DNA of 64,000 nt from Planctomycetota bacterium (GTDB lineage: Bacteria > Planctomycetota > UBA1135 > UBA2386), in the NCBI GenBank assembly GCA_965228735.1, contig OZ245838.1, positions 4,960,001-5,024,000 of the forward strand. Direction: 5' to 3'. Below the pieces are notes generated by a model. It was not told the origin of the DNA and made no database searches. It worked only from the letters and a program-made list of their open reading frames with translations. A program made the translations under genes and the position numbers. Every line of letters starts with the position of its first letter. Position 1 is the stretch's first letter. Positions 20,327 to 31,435 of the stretch are shown here, one piece after another.

Positions 20327-20608
20327 TCACGGTTGGGTGTCTCTTTCCCAGCGCTCGAGGATCGCCAGCGCTTCTTCGCGCGTGTTGCCGCACATCGCGC
20401 GGGATGGGCGCAGGTTGCTGCAGCATTGCGGGCGTTCGGGTTGCCCGAAGATCGCGCACGTGAGGTCGGCGGTGAGGTGAACGCAGCGGACCCCGGCCGG
20501 TTTGCCTGCTGGCATGCCCGGGAACGGTTCGACGATCGATGGCGCGATGCAGCACGCGCCGCAGTCGGGTCGGCAGTCGCCGTTGTCGACGTCCGGGACG
20601 GCTGGCAC
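20327..20608 (-). CDS. YkgJ/YeiW-family cysteine-cluster protein
   Basis: CRPDCGACCIAPSI...GKPAGVRCVHL...C.IFG.PERP.CC...MCG. Confidence 0.88.
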   Translation of the reverse strand: MPAVPDVDNGDCRPDCGACCIAPSIVEPFPGMPAGKPAGVRCVHLTADLTCAIFGQPERPQCCSNLRPSRAMCGNTREEALAILERWERDTQP

Positions 20609-20703
20609 GGCGCGATGCTACGACAACGGCCCGGCCGCGCGAGCGCGCGACCGGGCCGTTGCCAGGGTCTCGGGGTCCAGGGACCGGGAGGCAGTGGCGC
20701 TGG

Positions 20704-22386
<1,683 letters not shown>

Positions 22387-22440
22387 GGTGGGGATACTCC
22401 GGGGGAATGTTGGGTTGGGTTCGCGAGCGAGCCGGTGGGA

Positions 22441-22746
22441 CTAGTCGATCACGGCGAGGATCTCGTCCTCACCGAGAATGAGCAGGTCGTCGCCGTCGAG
22501 CTTGATCTCCGAGCCCGCGTAGGACGAGAACAGCACGCGGTCCTTCTTCTTGACCGTCATCGCCTGGCGCGAACCGTTGTCGAGCATGCGGCCGGCGCCG
22601 ACGGCGACGACGATGCCTTCCTTCGGCTTCTCCTTCGCGGTGTCGGGCAGGATGATGCCGCCCTTGGTCTTCTCGTCGGCTTCGACGCGCTTCACGAGGA
22701 CCCGATCGCCGAGGGGGGTAACGGTCGCGGACTTGGTCTTGGACAT
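22441..22746 (-). CDS. groS: Co-chaperonin GroES
   Basis: [23 protein letters not shown]; immediately upstream of groL. Confidence 0.98.
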   Translation of the reverse strand: MSKTKSATVTPLGDRVLVKRVEADEKTKGGIILPDTAKEKPKEGIVVAVGAGRMLDNGSRQAMTVKKKDRVLFSSYAGSEIKLDGDDLLILGEDEILAVID

Positions 22747-22831
22747 TGCTTTGCGTGTGGTTCGGCCAGGCACTGGCTGGCTGCGGGGAATGGTTGTTGA
22801 GACGGAAAGGGAGACCGAGAGCGCGCGCGGG

Positions 22832-23329
22832 TTACGGGCCGCGCGGCGGCTGCTGCGGTGAAGAGGGGAAGTTCGGCCGGCCCAACTGGGAGCCCGGCAA
22901 CTGGGAGCCCGGCAGCTGGCCGCCGGGCAATTGGGGCGGCAACATGGTGAGCGGGCCACCGAAGTGCGTGCGGATCAGCTGCTCGACCGTGCGGCGCAGC
23001 TGGCCGAGCTCGAGCGGCTTGCGCAAGAACGCGAAGAAGCCGGCCGAGCGGGCGGCCATCGCCTCTTCGGACGACGCCAGGCCCGACATCAGGATCGCCG
23101 GCAGCGGCCGCACGCTGGCAAACTGGTGGAACAGCTCGAGGCCGGTCGCGCCGGGCAGATGGAAGTCGAGGATCGAGAAGTCGAACCGCTGCCGATAGAC
23201 CAGGTTCATCGCTTCGTCCGCGGCGCTGGTGGCCGCGACCGCCCAGCCCTCGGAGGCCAGGAACTCGCTGAGACAGACTCGCAGCGAGTCGTCGTCTTCT
23301 ACCAGCAGGATGCGGAACGTCTGAGCCAT
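22832..23329 (-). CDS. Stand-alone response regulator receiver protein with Pro/Gln-rich tail
   Basis: [24 protein letters not shown]. Confidence 0.9.
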   Translation of the reverse strand: MAQTFRILLVEDDDSLRVCLSEFLASEGWAVAATSAADEAMNLVYRQRFDFSILDFHLPGATGLELFHQFASVRPLPAILMSGLASSEEAMAARSAGFFAFLRKPLELGQLRRTVEQLIRTHFGGPLTMLPPQLPGGQLPGSQLPGSQLGRPNFPSSPQQPPRGP

Positions 23330-23356
23330 GGACCGGGTCGGTGGGCCCGGGCCTGA

Positions 23357-23372
23357 TGCAAGGCTCGTGCCG
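23357..23372 (-). promoter_or_regulatory. Sigma-54 (-24/-12) promoter candidate
   Basis: Minus strand reads CGGCACG-AGCC-TTGCA versus consensus TGGCACG-N4-TTGCW; ends 27 nt before the ATG. Confidence 0.65.
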
Positions 23373-23582
23373 CGGCCCGCAGGCCGGCGGAAGTGACGCT
23401 ACTGCAAAGGGTTTGGCCGGCGCCTCCGGTCTTGGGTGCGGCCCGGCGCTGCCATATTGGCCGCCGCGATCGACGCCGGACTGTCATCTTGTCGGCCCAA
23501 CCCGGCAGCTCAGCCCGGCAGCCCAACCTGGCCTCCCGGCGCTGAACTGGCCGAAGCGCTCCGCGCTCACCAGCCGGGGCGC

Positions 23583-23918
23583 TCAGCGCGCCTCGTCGTC
23601 GTCCCCGTCCCCGTCCTCGTCCCCGTCGTCGTCGAGGTCGTCGTCCATGTCGTCGTCGAAGTCGTCGTCGTCGTCATCGACGTCGTCCAGGTCCGCTTCG
23701 TCGTCGCCGTCGTCGCCGTCTTCCCAATCGTCGTCGTCCTCGTCCTCGTCGATGTCGCCGTCGTCGTCCTCGTACGACGCCAGGATCCGGTCCCAGTCCG
23801 CCACCTCGATGGTGCTGTTGCAGACCATGCAGACACTGTCGTTGTCACGTAGGTCCTCGAGCTCTTCGAGGTCCCGGTAGACCTTGCCGCATTCTCGGCA
23901 CTTGACGATCTTGCCCAT
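23583..23918 (-). CDS. Small zinc-ribbon protein with a long Asp/Glu tail
   Basis: CRECG...CMVC followed by about 60 mostly D/E residues. Confidence 0.75.
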   Translation of the reverse strand: MGKIVKCRECGKVYRDLEELEDLRDNDSVCMVCNSTIEVADWDRILASYEDDDGDIDEDEDDDDWEDGDDGDDEADLDDVDDDDDDFDDDMDDDLDDDGDEDGDGDDDEAR

Positions 23919-24051
23919 GGTTCGGTGGTTTCGTTGGGGGTTGGGTGGGTTCCCGGGAGGGACGACCGCGATGTCTACCGGCTCGCCCGGGCAAGGCAAT
24001 GCCCGGCCGCGTTTCTTTTGGCCCGGCGCCCGATTCGCCGATAGGACCCGC

Positions 24052-24582
24052 GTGTCCAAGTCTCCGGTGATCGTAGGCGCGATCGGGCTGGCTGGCTGCG
24101 TCGCCCTGAGCTTCATGATGCGCTCGGCCCTGTCGGTGCAGCAGCAGCGTCAGCGCGACCCCCTCGCCGACGAACTCGAGGCCCGCTTCGGCCGTCGCCT
24201 CGACGGCCCGGTCGAGGTCGGTCGCCGGCTCGTCGACGGCAAGAACCGGCTGGTGATCCAGTTGCGGGTGCATGCCGGCCTGCGCAAGTCGCGCTTCGTC
24301 AAGCCCGCTGGCATCACGGCATGGAACCGCAAGCTCGGCGCCGGGGAACTCCCCGACGAGATCGAGGTCGAGGTGGTCACGCTCGAGCCGCGGGAGACGG
24401 TGAGCCGGCTCGTCGACCCGCCGTGGCCGACGCAACCCGGGTCGTCGGAGCCGTGGTTCGAGCCCCCGAAGGTGGACCCGGGCAAGGCCGAGGACGACCC
24501 CGAGGGCAAGGCCGGCGAGGTGAAAGGCGCCGCGGACGAGAACGCGCCGGCGGCACGGCCCGCCGGGTCACCCGCCAAGTAG
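24052..24582 (+). CDS. Hypothetical membrane-anchored protein
   Basis: GTG start, N-terminal hydrophobic helix, GC3-rich codons. Confidence 0.6.
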   Translation: MSKSPVIVGAIGLAGCVALSFMMRSALSVQQQRQRDPLADELEARFGRRLDGPVEVGRRLVDGKNRLVIQLRVHAGLRKSRFVKPAGITAWNRKLGAGELPDEIEVEVVTLEPRETVSRLVDPPWPTQPGSSEPWFEPPKVDPGKAEDDPEGKAGEVKGAADENAPAARPAGSPAK

Positions 24583-24609
24583 ACGGGGCCCGGCCGAGCC
24601 ATCGGCACC

Positions 24610-25647
24610 TCAGTTCGAGACGCCGAGCTTCTTCGCAGTGGCCTCGAGTTCTTCGAGGGTCTTCTGCGCGTTGGTGATCGCCTCCTCGAGGCGGCCACGC
24701 ATCTGCTCGTTGTCCTTGTAGCGCGGCCGGTAGCCCTCGAGCATCTCGACGCGTTCCTTGCGGCTCTCGTGGACGCGCGCGTACGCGTACTTGAACGCGT
24801 CACTGTCGTTGTGCTCCTGCGCGGCCTCGATCAGCATCTCGTCGACGAACGCCTGTGGGCTCGACTCGGCCGGCAGGCGCTTGCCCGCCTGGAACGCGGC
24901 GTAGACCTTGCCGCGCGCTTCGGCCATGTCCTCTTCGGACACGCCGCGGCGCTGCACCGACTTCTGCACCTCGCCCATCTCGATGATGAACGCGTTCTGC
25001 ATGGCCGTCTTCTTGGCGTCGCCCTTCAGGCCGAGACGCTCGATCTCGGCGTAGGCCTCGGCCGCCTCGATCTCACCGAGGTCGATCCGCGCCATGAGGT
25101 AGGCCTGCTCGTCGTAGTCCTTGCCGGCCTCCTTGAGCTTGTCGAGCTTGGCGAACGCGCCCGCGGCGGTCACGTAGCGCTTCATCGACGGCAGGTCGCG
25201 CGGCACGCTCTTGGTGAGCGCGTCACCGCTGCTGTCGAGCACGGCGAGCGACGGGAAGCCGCGGAAGCCGTAGGTGCGCAGCAGATCGTCGTCCTCGCGG
25301 CCTTCGATCTTGGTCATGACCGCGGCGAACGGAATCGCGTTGTCCTTGACCCAGCTCTGGAAGTCGTCGGTGGAGAACACCCGGTTCTCCAGGGCGATGC
25401 ACGGCGGTCAAGGGGAGTACGTGCGCGTGAAGTACGCGAAGATCGGCTTGCCGGTCTGCTCGGCTTGCGCCTTCGCGGCGGCGAAGTCCGTGATCCAGGC
25501 ACCACCAGTGAACCACTGGTGTTCCTGCATCGCGGCGTAGTTCGCCTTCATCTTGTCCTGGTCGTAGGTGCGCTGCGCCGCGAGCTCGGGCGCCATGAGC
25601 GCGAGCACCGGGGCGAGCGCCAGGGCGCTGGGAATCAGTCTCGTCAT
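24610..25647 (-). CDS. Exported thioredoxin-fold selenoprotein (UxxC), 345 aa, Sec at residue 80
   Basis: ORFs 25408-25647 and 24610-25380 are in frame. Read-through gives WITDFAAAKAQAEQTGKPIFAYFTRTYSP-U-PPC-IALENRVFST...YGFRGFPSLAVLD; signal peptide; hairpin follows the TGA. Confidence 0.88.
25371..25391 (-). promoter_or_regulatory. Candidate bacterial SECIS element
   Basis: mRNA UGGAGAAC-CGGGU-GUUCUCCA: perfect 8-bp stem, G-rich loop, starting 16 nt after the UGA. Confidence 0.7.
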
Positions 25648-25872
25648 TTGGGTTCGATTCTGCTGACGTGTCGGTTGGGGATCGCGCGGAACGGACCGCG
25701 CGTCGGGACTTGCTACGCGAGACTAGGGCGCAGGTGCCTGGCTCATAGGCGTGGATCGGGGCTGGTCTATACCTGTTACAAACCAGGCGCCCGGCCCCGG
25801 GCGAACCCGCCGATGGCATCGAACCCTCGGCCCGGTCTTGGGGTTATCCACGGTGAGAGCCGATGTTCGAGC

Positions 25873-27576
25873 ATGGTCGAGGCCATCGTCTACGCCTTCG
25901 CGATCGCCGATGGGCTCGAGCCCGTGGTGGGGGCGGCGCCATACGACGTGCTGTCACGGCAACTTCCGCGCCTGCTCGTCGTGCGGCTCAACGACGACGG
26001 GGATCGCGGCGCGCGCTTCTTCCCGCTGCTCGGCACCGCCGGCGGCAAGCGCGGCTTCCTGCGGTTGACGACGCCGTTCGACCCGGCCCAGCTCATCGCG
26101 CTGCACAAGCAGCAGGACGTGCGGTACGTCTGCGATGGCTGGCTGCGCGCCGGCGAACTGACCTTTCGCTGTCTCGACGGCAGCACCGGCAAGGTGCTGC
26201 GCGAACTGACGCTGCCGTTCGACCCGCGCACGCCGACGGCCGTGCTCGCGCGGCTGCAGTTCGAGCTCATGGACCTGCTCGGCTGGAGCGGGCGACCGAC
26301 GCCGGAGCTGCCGTTCGACGGCGAGCTGCTCGGGTGGTTCCTGATCCTCAAGGACACGGTGTTGCGACTCGAGGCCGGGCTCGACGCCGACGTGGAACAC
26401 GCGGTGCGGGCCGCAGAGCGTTGCTTCGAACTCGACGGCGGCAACCTCGAGATCGTCGACGTCGTGACCGACGTCGCGGCCCACGTTCTCAAGCAGCGCG
26501 AGCATCGCGACTCGATCGCCGCGATGCTGCGGCCGCTCGTCGACAGCAACGAGCTGCCGGCCGACCGGTTCGAGCGGCTCGGTGCGCTGCTGCTGGCCGC
26601 CGGTGACGAACGGTCCGCCGCGACCGCGACGCTGCGCGCGGCGCGTTCGGCGATCGAGCGCGAGGAGCTCGTGGAGCGCTGCGTCGGGTTGCTCTTTCGC
26701 CTCGAGCGCTACGAAGAAGCGGCCGACCTCGTCGAGCTCGCGCGCGAGCGTGGCACCGCGAGCGTCACCGCGCTCGCGCAATACGCCGCGTGCTGCGATC
26801 GCCTCGGTCGCGCCGAGCTCCGCACCGAGCTCTGCGACGAGATGCTCGCGGTGCACGACCTGCCGGTGACCGTCGCGCGCCTGCTCGTCTCGTTCTTGCT
26901 CGAGGACGATCGCGCCGAGCGCGCACGTGCCGTTGCCGAACGCGCGCTAGCAGTCGACCCGACGCAGTCGGTGATGCATCTCGAGCTCGGGCGCGCATGC
27001 CTCGACCTCGACGACAGCGAGCACGCGGCGGCGGCGCTGACCCAGGCGCTGGAGCGCGGCCTGCCGCCCGAGCACGAACACCGCGCGCGCCGGCTCCTGC
27101 GTCTCGCGTCGCAGCCCGGACTGTGGCGCGACGCGCAGAACGTCGAGACCGCGCTCGCGGAGGACGATCTCGACCGCGCGTTCCGTTCGGCGGTGCAGCT
27201 CGCCAAGAACTGGCGCCACTTCGCGGAGGCGTGGTTCCTCGTCGGGCTCGTGCGTCACAAGCGCGGCGAGGACCAGCGCGCCGAGTGCGCTCTGCGCCGC
27301 GCGATCCGCCTCGACGACGCCTTGCCCGACGCGCACAACCGCCTCGGCATCCTGCTCGTCGGCAAGGGCCGGGTCGAAGCCGGTCTCGAGCACCTCGAAC
27401 GCGCCCACGCGCTCGCGCCGACCGAACCGTCGCCGATGCTCCACCTCGCCCAGGGCCTGGCCGCAGCCGGCCGCCACGACGAAGCCCGCCGCTTCATCGA
27501 CCTCGCCGCCCAGAACGGCGCCGAACCCGGCCTCATCGCCGCCGTCCGCCGCGAGATCGAACCGACCCGCCGCTGA
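25873..27576 (+). CDS. Tetratricopeptide repeat protein
   Basis: C-terminal TPR motifs (AEAWFLVG, PDAHNRLG, A.ALAP). Confidence 0.8.
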   Translation: MVEAIVYAFAIADGLEPVVGAAPYDVLSRQLPRLLVVRLNDDGDRGARFFPLLGTAGGKRGFLRLTTPFDPAQLIALHKQQDVRYVCDGWLRAGELTFRCLDGSTGKVLRELTLPFDPRTPTAVLARLQFELMDLLGWSGRPTPELPFDGELLGWFLILKDTVLRLEAGLDADVEHAVRAAERCFELDGGNLEIVDVVTDVAAHVLKQREHRDSIAAMLRPLVDSNELPADRFERLGALLLAAGDERSAATATLRAARSAIEREELVERCVGLLFRLERYEEAADLVELARERGTASVTALAQYAACCDRLGRAELRTELCDEMLAVHDLPVTVARLLVSFLLEDDRAERARAVAERALAVDPTQSVMHLELGRACLDLDDSEHAAAALTQALERGLPPEHEHRARRLLRLASQPGLWRDAQNVETALAEDDLDRAFRSAVQLAKNWRHFAEAWFLVGLVRHKRGEDQRAECALRRAIRLDDALPDAHNRLGILLVGKGRVEAGLEHLERAHALAPTEPSPMLHLAQGLAAAGRHDEARRFIDLAAQNGAEPGLIAAVRREIEPTRR

Positions 27577-27578
27577 CC

Positions 27579-27693
27579 TGGCGCTACCGAACCCGTTTCA
27601 AATCCGCCATCCCGCCAGCCCGCGATCCGCCCGGGGCGACGCGAGTTGTGGCGAGTCGGCGGTGGCGGAATCGAAACGGGTTCGGTACCGCCA
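27579..27693. repeat. REP-like inverted doublet, copy 3 (115 bp)
   Basis: Arms 27579-27609 and 27663-27693; 53-bp spacer, same length as copy 1. Confidence 0.85.
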
Positions 27694-27721
27694 CGATCCT
27701 CGGTAGAACGGTTGTCCCGCG

Positions 27722-28921
27722 ATGAGCCTCGACGACCGCCTGCTGTCCTACCGCGACCGTTTTCCGATCCTGGAACGGAGCAACTACCTGATCAACAACT
27801 CGCTCGGGGCCGTGCCGGCCGCGACGCGGGACGAGCTCGGGCAGTTCTTCGACGAATGGCAGACGCGCGGCGTGCGGTCGTGGGGTGACGGCTGGTGGAC
27901 GATGCAAGAACGCGTCGGTGACACGATCGCGTCGGTCCTCGGCATGCCGGCCGGCACCGTGTCGATGCACCAGAACATCGCGGTCGCGCTCGAGATGATC
28001 CTCTCGTGCTTCCGCTTCGACGGTCCGCGCAACGGCATCGTCTACTCGGCGCTCAACTTCCCGAGCGATCAGTACATCTACGAAGCCCGCGAACGCCGCG
28101 GCGCGCGGCTCGTGCGCACGCCCGCGAGTGCGGACGGACTCGTGACCGATGCAAACGCGATGATCGACGCGATCGACGACACGACGCTGCTCGTCGCGAT
28201 CGATCACGTGATGTTCCGCAGCTCGGCGATCGTCGACGTCGCGCCGATCGTCGAACGTGCGCGCAAGGTCGGCGCGTTCGTCATCCTCGACGTCTTTCAT
28301 TCGGTCGGCACTGTGCCGCTGCGGCTGCACGATCTCGGCGTGCACGCCGTCGTCGGCGGCGCGCTCAAGTGGATGTGCGGCGGCCCGGGCAACTGCTTCC
28401 TCGCCGTCCACCCCGACGAGATCGCGGGGCTCGAACCGACGTTCACCGGCTGGGCCGCGCACCGCGACCCGTTCGCGTTCTCGCCCAACGGGCAGGAGTA
28501 TCGCGACGACGGCGGGCGGTTCTTCACCGGCACGCCCAACGTGCCCGCGCTCTACGCCGGCAAGGCCGGCATCGAACTCGTCGCGGATGTCACGGTCGAT
28601 GCGATCCGCGAACGCAGCCAGCGCCTCACGACGAAGCTCGTCGAAGAAGCGCAGAGCGCCGGCCTCGCCCTGCGCTCGCCGGCCGACGCGATGGCGCGTG
28701 GTGGCCACGTCGCACTCGACGTGCCCGACGGCTACGCGGTCTGCCAGGCGCTGAGCGCGCGCGAGATCGTCGTCGACTTCCGCCCCGACGCGGGCCTGCG
28801 CATCGCCCCGCACTTCTACAACACCGAGGCCGAGGTCGTGACCGCCGTGCGCGCGATCCGCGAGATCCTGGACACCAACGAGCACCAACCGTTCCTCACC
28901 GGCGAACGGAGGCCCGGATGA
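27722..28921 (+). CDS. kynU: Kynureninase (class V PLP enzyme)
   Basis: YL.NNSLG, FPSD.Y, D..HS.G, KW.CGGPG, RGGHV, DFRP; coupled to kynB. Confidence 0.8.
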   Translation: MSLDDRLLSYRDRFPILERSNYLINNSLGAVPAATRDELGQFFDEWQTRGVRSWGDGWWTMQERVGDTIASVLGMPAGTVSMHQNIAVALEMILSCFRFDGPRNGIVYSALNFPSDQYIYEARERRGARLVRTPASADGLVTDANAMIDAIDDTTLLVAIDHVMFRSSAIVDVAPIVERARKVGAFVILDVFHSVGTVPLRLHDLGVHAVVGGALKWMCGGPGNCFLAVHPDEIAGLEPTFTGWAAHRDPFAFSPNGQEYRDDGGRFFTGTPNVPALYAGKAGIELVADVTVDAIRERSQRLTTKLVEEAQSAGLALRSPADAMARGGHVALDVPDGYAVCQALSAREIVVDFRPDAGLRIAPHFYNTEAEVVTAVRAIREILDTNEHQPFLTGERRPG

Positions 28922-29574
28922 GCGACCCGTCGTCGAACGGTCGCCGGATCTGGGACATCAGCGAGCCGATCGAACCGAAGACGGCGCCGTTCCCGGGTGA
29001 CACCGCGTTCTCGCAGGAGTGGGTGATGCGCCAGGAGAACGGCGCGTCCTGCAACGTCAGCACGATTCGCATGTCGGTGCACGTCGGCACGCATACGGAT
29101 TCGCCGCTGCACTTCGACGTCGCGGGTCGTGACATCGCCTCGGTGGATCTCACCGCGTACCTCGGCCGCTGCCGCGTCGTCGACGTCGAGGGTGTCGGCG
29201 ATCCGTCGCTGATCCCCGCGAGCGCGATCACGAGTGCCGTGACCGACGGCGCCGAGCGCGTGTTGTTCCGCACGAGCAAGAACCACGACCACACGACGTT
29301 CGACAACGGCTTCACCGCGGTTGGTCCCGAAGCTGCGAAGGCGCTGGTCGCCGCCGGCATCCAGCTCGTTGGCATCGACACGCCGAGCATGGACCACAGC
29401 ACGGCCAAGGAACTCGACGGCCACCTCGTGCTCTACGACGGTGGTGTCGCGATCCTGGAGAACATCGATCTCACCGATGTGCCGGCGGGGGATTACGAGC
29501 TCATCGCGTTGCCGTTGAAGATCGTGGACGGCGACAGCAGCCCGGTGCGCGCGATCCTGCGGGAGTTGGCTTAG
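28918..29574 (+). CDS. kynB: Kynurenine formamidase / cyclase family
   Basis: WDIS, HVGTHTDSPLHF, GIDTPS.D, LIALPLK...D.SPVRA.LR. Confidence 0.88.
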   Translation: MSDPSSNGRRIWDISEPIEPKTAPFPGDTAFSQEWVMRQENGASCNVSTIRMSVHVGTHTDSPLHFDVAGRDIASVDLTAYLGRCRVVDVEGVGDPSLIPASAITSAVTDGAERVLFRTSKNHDHTTFDNGFTAVGPEAAKALVAAGIQLVGIDTPSMDHSTAKELDGHLVLYDGGVAILENIDLTDVPAGDYELIALPLKIVDGDSSPVRAILRELA

Positions 29575-29649
29575 GCGATCAGAAGGCACGCGCGGCGAGT
29601 TTCGGCCGCCGGGTTGCCATACAGCGGCCGTCGAGACAAGCTTTGGCGG

Positions 29650-29952
29650 ATGGCGCGCACCCTCTCCACGGACCTCGACGACCCGGACGCGCGTCCGTAT
29701 TTTGTTTGGGACGAAGACCTGACCGTGGCGGAGCTCCGTGATCACTTGGCATCGCCAGATCGTCGGGTGCGGGCTCTGTGGATGGCCCGGGTGATGCGCG
29801 AAGCTCGATACCAGGACGTCTGGAAGCTGCTGCGACTGCGTGATGTCGTCGCCGACTTCGCCGCGATCCAGCCGCACCTCGGTCGGATGCGAGACTTCTG
29901 GAATTGGCTGTTCGACGGCTGGCGCGACGATGGATTCCTCCCCCGGACTTAG
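29650..29952 (+). CDS. Putative small antitoxin partner of an AbiEii-type toxin
   Basis: 100-aa ORF (RPYFVWD) overlapping the start of the nucleotidyltransferase gene. Confidence 0.65.
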   Translation: MARTLSTDLDDPDARPYFVWDEDLTVAELRDHLASPDRRVRALWMARVMREARYQDVWKLLRLRDVVADFAAIQPHLGRMRDFWNWLFDGWRDDGFLPRT

Positions 29953-30583
29953 CCCGCTGCAGCAAGACGTGCTGCGCGAGTTCTTTGCGCGCGAACGTCG
30001 CTTCGTGCTCACCGGCGGTGGCGCGCTGGTCGGCTACCACTTGCGACACCGAACGAGCGACGACCTGGATCTGTTCGCCAAGCCACCGGTGCCGATCGAC
30101 GAGGCACGGCACGCCATGGCGGCCGCCGCCGAAGCGTTGGGCGCGTCGTTGGAATCGCTGCGCACGTACCCGGACTTCGTGCGCTTGCTCGTTCGTCGGG
30201 GTGACGAGAGCGCGATTGTCGACCTGGTGATCGACCGCGCCCCCGACGTTGATGAGGCGGCCGAGATGGCCGACGGCGTGCGCGTTCATTCGCTGCGCGA
30301 GATCGCCTCGAACAAGGTCTGCACGCTGCTCGGCCGTGGCGAGATTCGCGACTTGGTTGATCTGCGGGCCATCCTCCAGCGCGGTGTTTCGCTGGGGACC
30401 GCTGTCGCCGATGCCGAGAAGAAGGACGGCGGCGTCTCGGCAGCGACGCTGGCTTGGATCCTGGATCAGGTCGCGATCGGCGCGCAAGCGAAGCTGCCAG
30501 GTGTCACCAGCGACGAACTCGAGCAGTTCCGCCGTGAGCTGGTCGAGAAGCTGCGCACGATGGCTCGCCCGGGGCAGGGTTGA
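29930..30583 (+). CDS. AbiEii/AbiGii-family nucleotidyltransferase toxin
   Basis: LTGGGAL...HR.SDDLDLF...NK...GR...RD.VDL. Confidence 0.88.
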   Translation: MDSSPGLSPLQQDVLREFFARERRFVLTGGGALVGYHLRHRTSDDLDLFAKPPVPIDEARHAMAAAAEALGASLESLRTYPDFVRLLVRRGDESAIVDLVIDRAPDVDEAAEMADGVRVHSLREIASNKVCTLLGRGEIRDLVDLRAILQRGVSLGTAVADAEKKDGGVSAATLAWILDQVAIGAQAKLPGVTSDELEQFRRELVEKLRTMARPGQG

Positions 30584-30677
30584 CGAGTGCCCTGGTCGCG
30601 TTGTGGCCCATTTCGTTGCATGCGGACGACTCAGCCGAATGATCGACTGTTCGCTGCCTTTCCCCAGAGGTTCCCGA

Positions 30678-31082
30678 GTGACCAAACGCCCCATCAACCC
30701 CGCAGAACTCGCGCCACCCATCGGCTTTCAACACGGCTGGCTCGTCGAGAACGCTACCCAGCGCACGCTGTACCTCGCGGGCCAGTGCGGCTACGACCAG
30801 GCCGGCAAGGTCGAATCGCCCGGTGACCTCGTCGCGCAACTCGATCGCGCACTCAGCAACATCGGCCTGATCCTGCGCGACGCGGAGATGTCCTACGAGG
30901 ACGTCGTGCAGCTCAACTTCTACGTCACGAGTCGCGACGACTACATGGCGGCGCGCAAGGCGATCGGGCAGGTCTGGAAGGCGCACTGCGGGAAGCACTT
31001 TCCGGGCATGGCGATGTTCCAGATCGTTTCGCTCCTCGATCCGGAAGCGCGGGTCGAGGTGCAGGGGATCGCGGCGCGATGA
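30678..31082 (+). CDS. RidA/YjgF family protein
   Basis: LYLAGQ, DVV....YV, FP...L.P...VEV.GIA. Confidence 0.9.
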   Translation: MTKRPINPAELAPPIGFQHGWLVENATQRTLYLAGQCGYDQAGKVESPGDLVAQLDRALSNIGLILRDAEMSYEDVVQLNFYVTSRDDYMAARKAIGQVWKAHCGKHFPGMAMFQIVSLLDPEARVEVQGIAAR

Positions 31083-31435
31083 GTGCGCGAGTTGTCACGG
31101 TCGCCGCGCTGCTCGCGTTCGCGACCACCTCCACCAGCTGCTCATTCGCACCGGTGAACACCGACGTCGACCCGGCCGCGATCGTCGAGATCCGTGTGCA
31201 CGGCGACGGCTTCGTCGAGTTCGAGGGCGAACGCGTCCCGCTCGAAGCCGCCGTCCTCACGATGCGACAACGCTTCCGCCCGATGGCCGTGAGCGAACGC
31301 GCGGGTATCGTCGTGCAGCTCAACCGCGCGCCCGTCGCGGACACTCCCGCAGTGCACGCGGCCATCGCCGCCGACTTCAACCGACTGCTCGAGCAGTGTC
31401 AGATCATGGGCGTGCAGCACGCCCGCGTCCTATGA
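31079..31435 (+). CDS. Hypothetical lipoprotein (ExbD-like periplasmic fold possible)
   Basis: Signal peptide plus Cys; ATGA-coupled on both sides. Confidence 0.6.
   Translation: MSARVVTVAALLAFATTSTSCSFAPVNTDVDPAAIVEIRVHGDGFVEFEGERVPLEAAVLTMRQRFRPMAVSERAGIVVQLNRAPVADTPAVHAAIAADFNRLLEQCQIMGVQHARVL

Noticed and set aside
22747..22831. CIRCE operator before groES
   Set aside because: No TTAGCACTC-N9-GAGTGCTAA-like inverted repeat found.
25408..25647. 79-aa ORF as an independent gene, or a nonsense pseudogene
   Set aside because: The TGA sits exactly at the redox-active position and is followed by a hairpin; codon bias is intact on both sides, so Sec recoding fits better.
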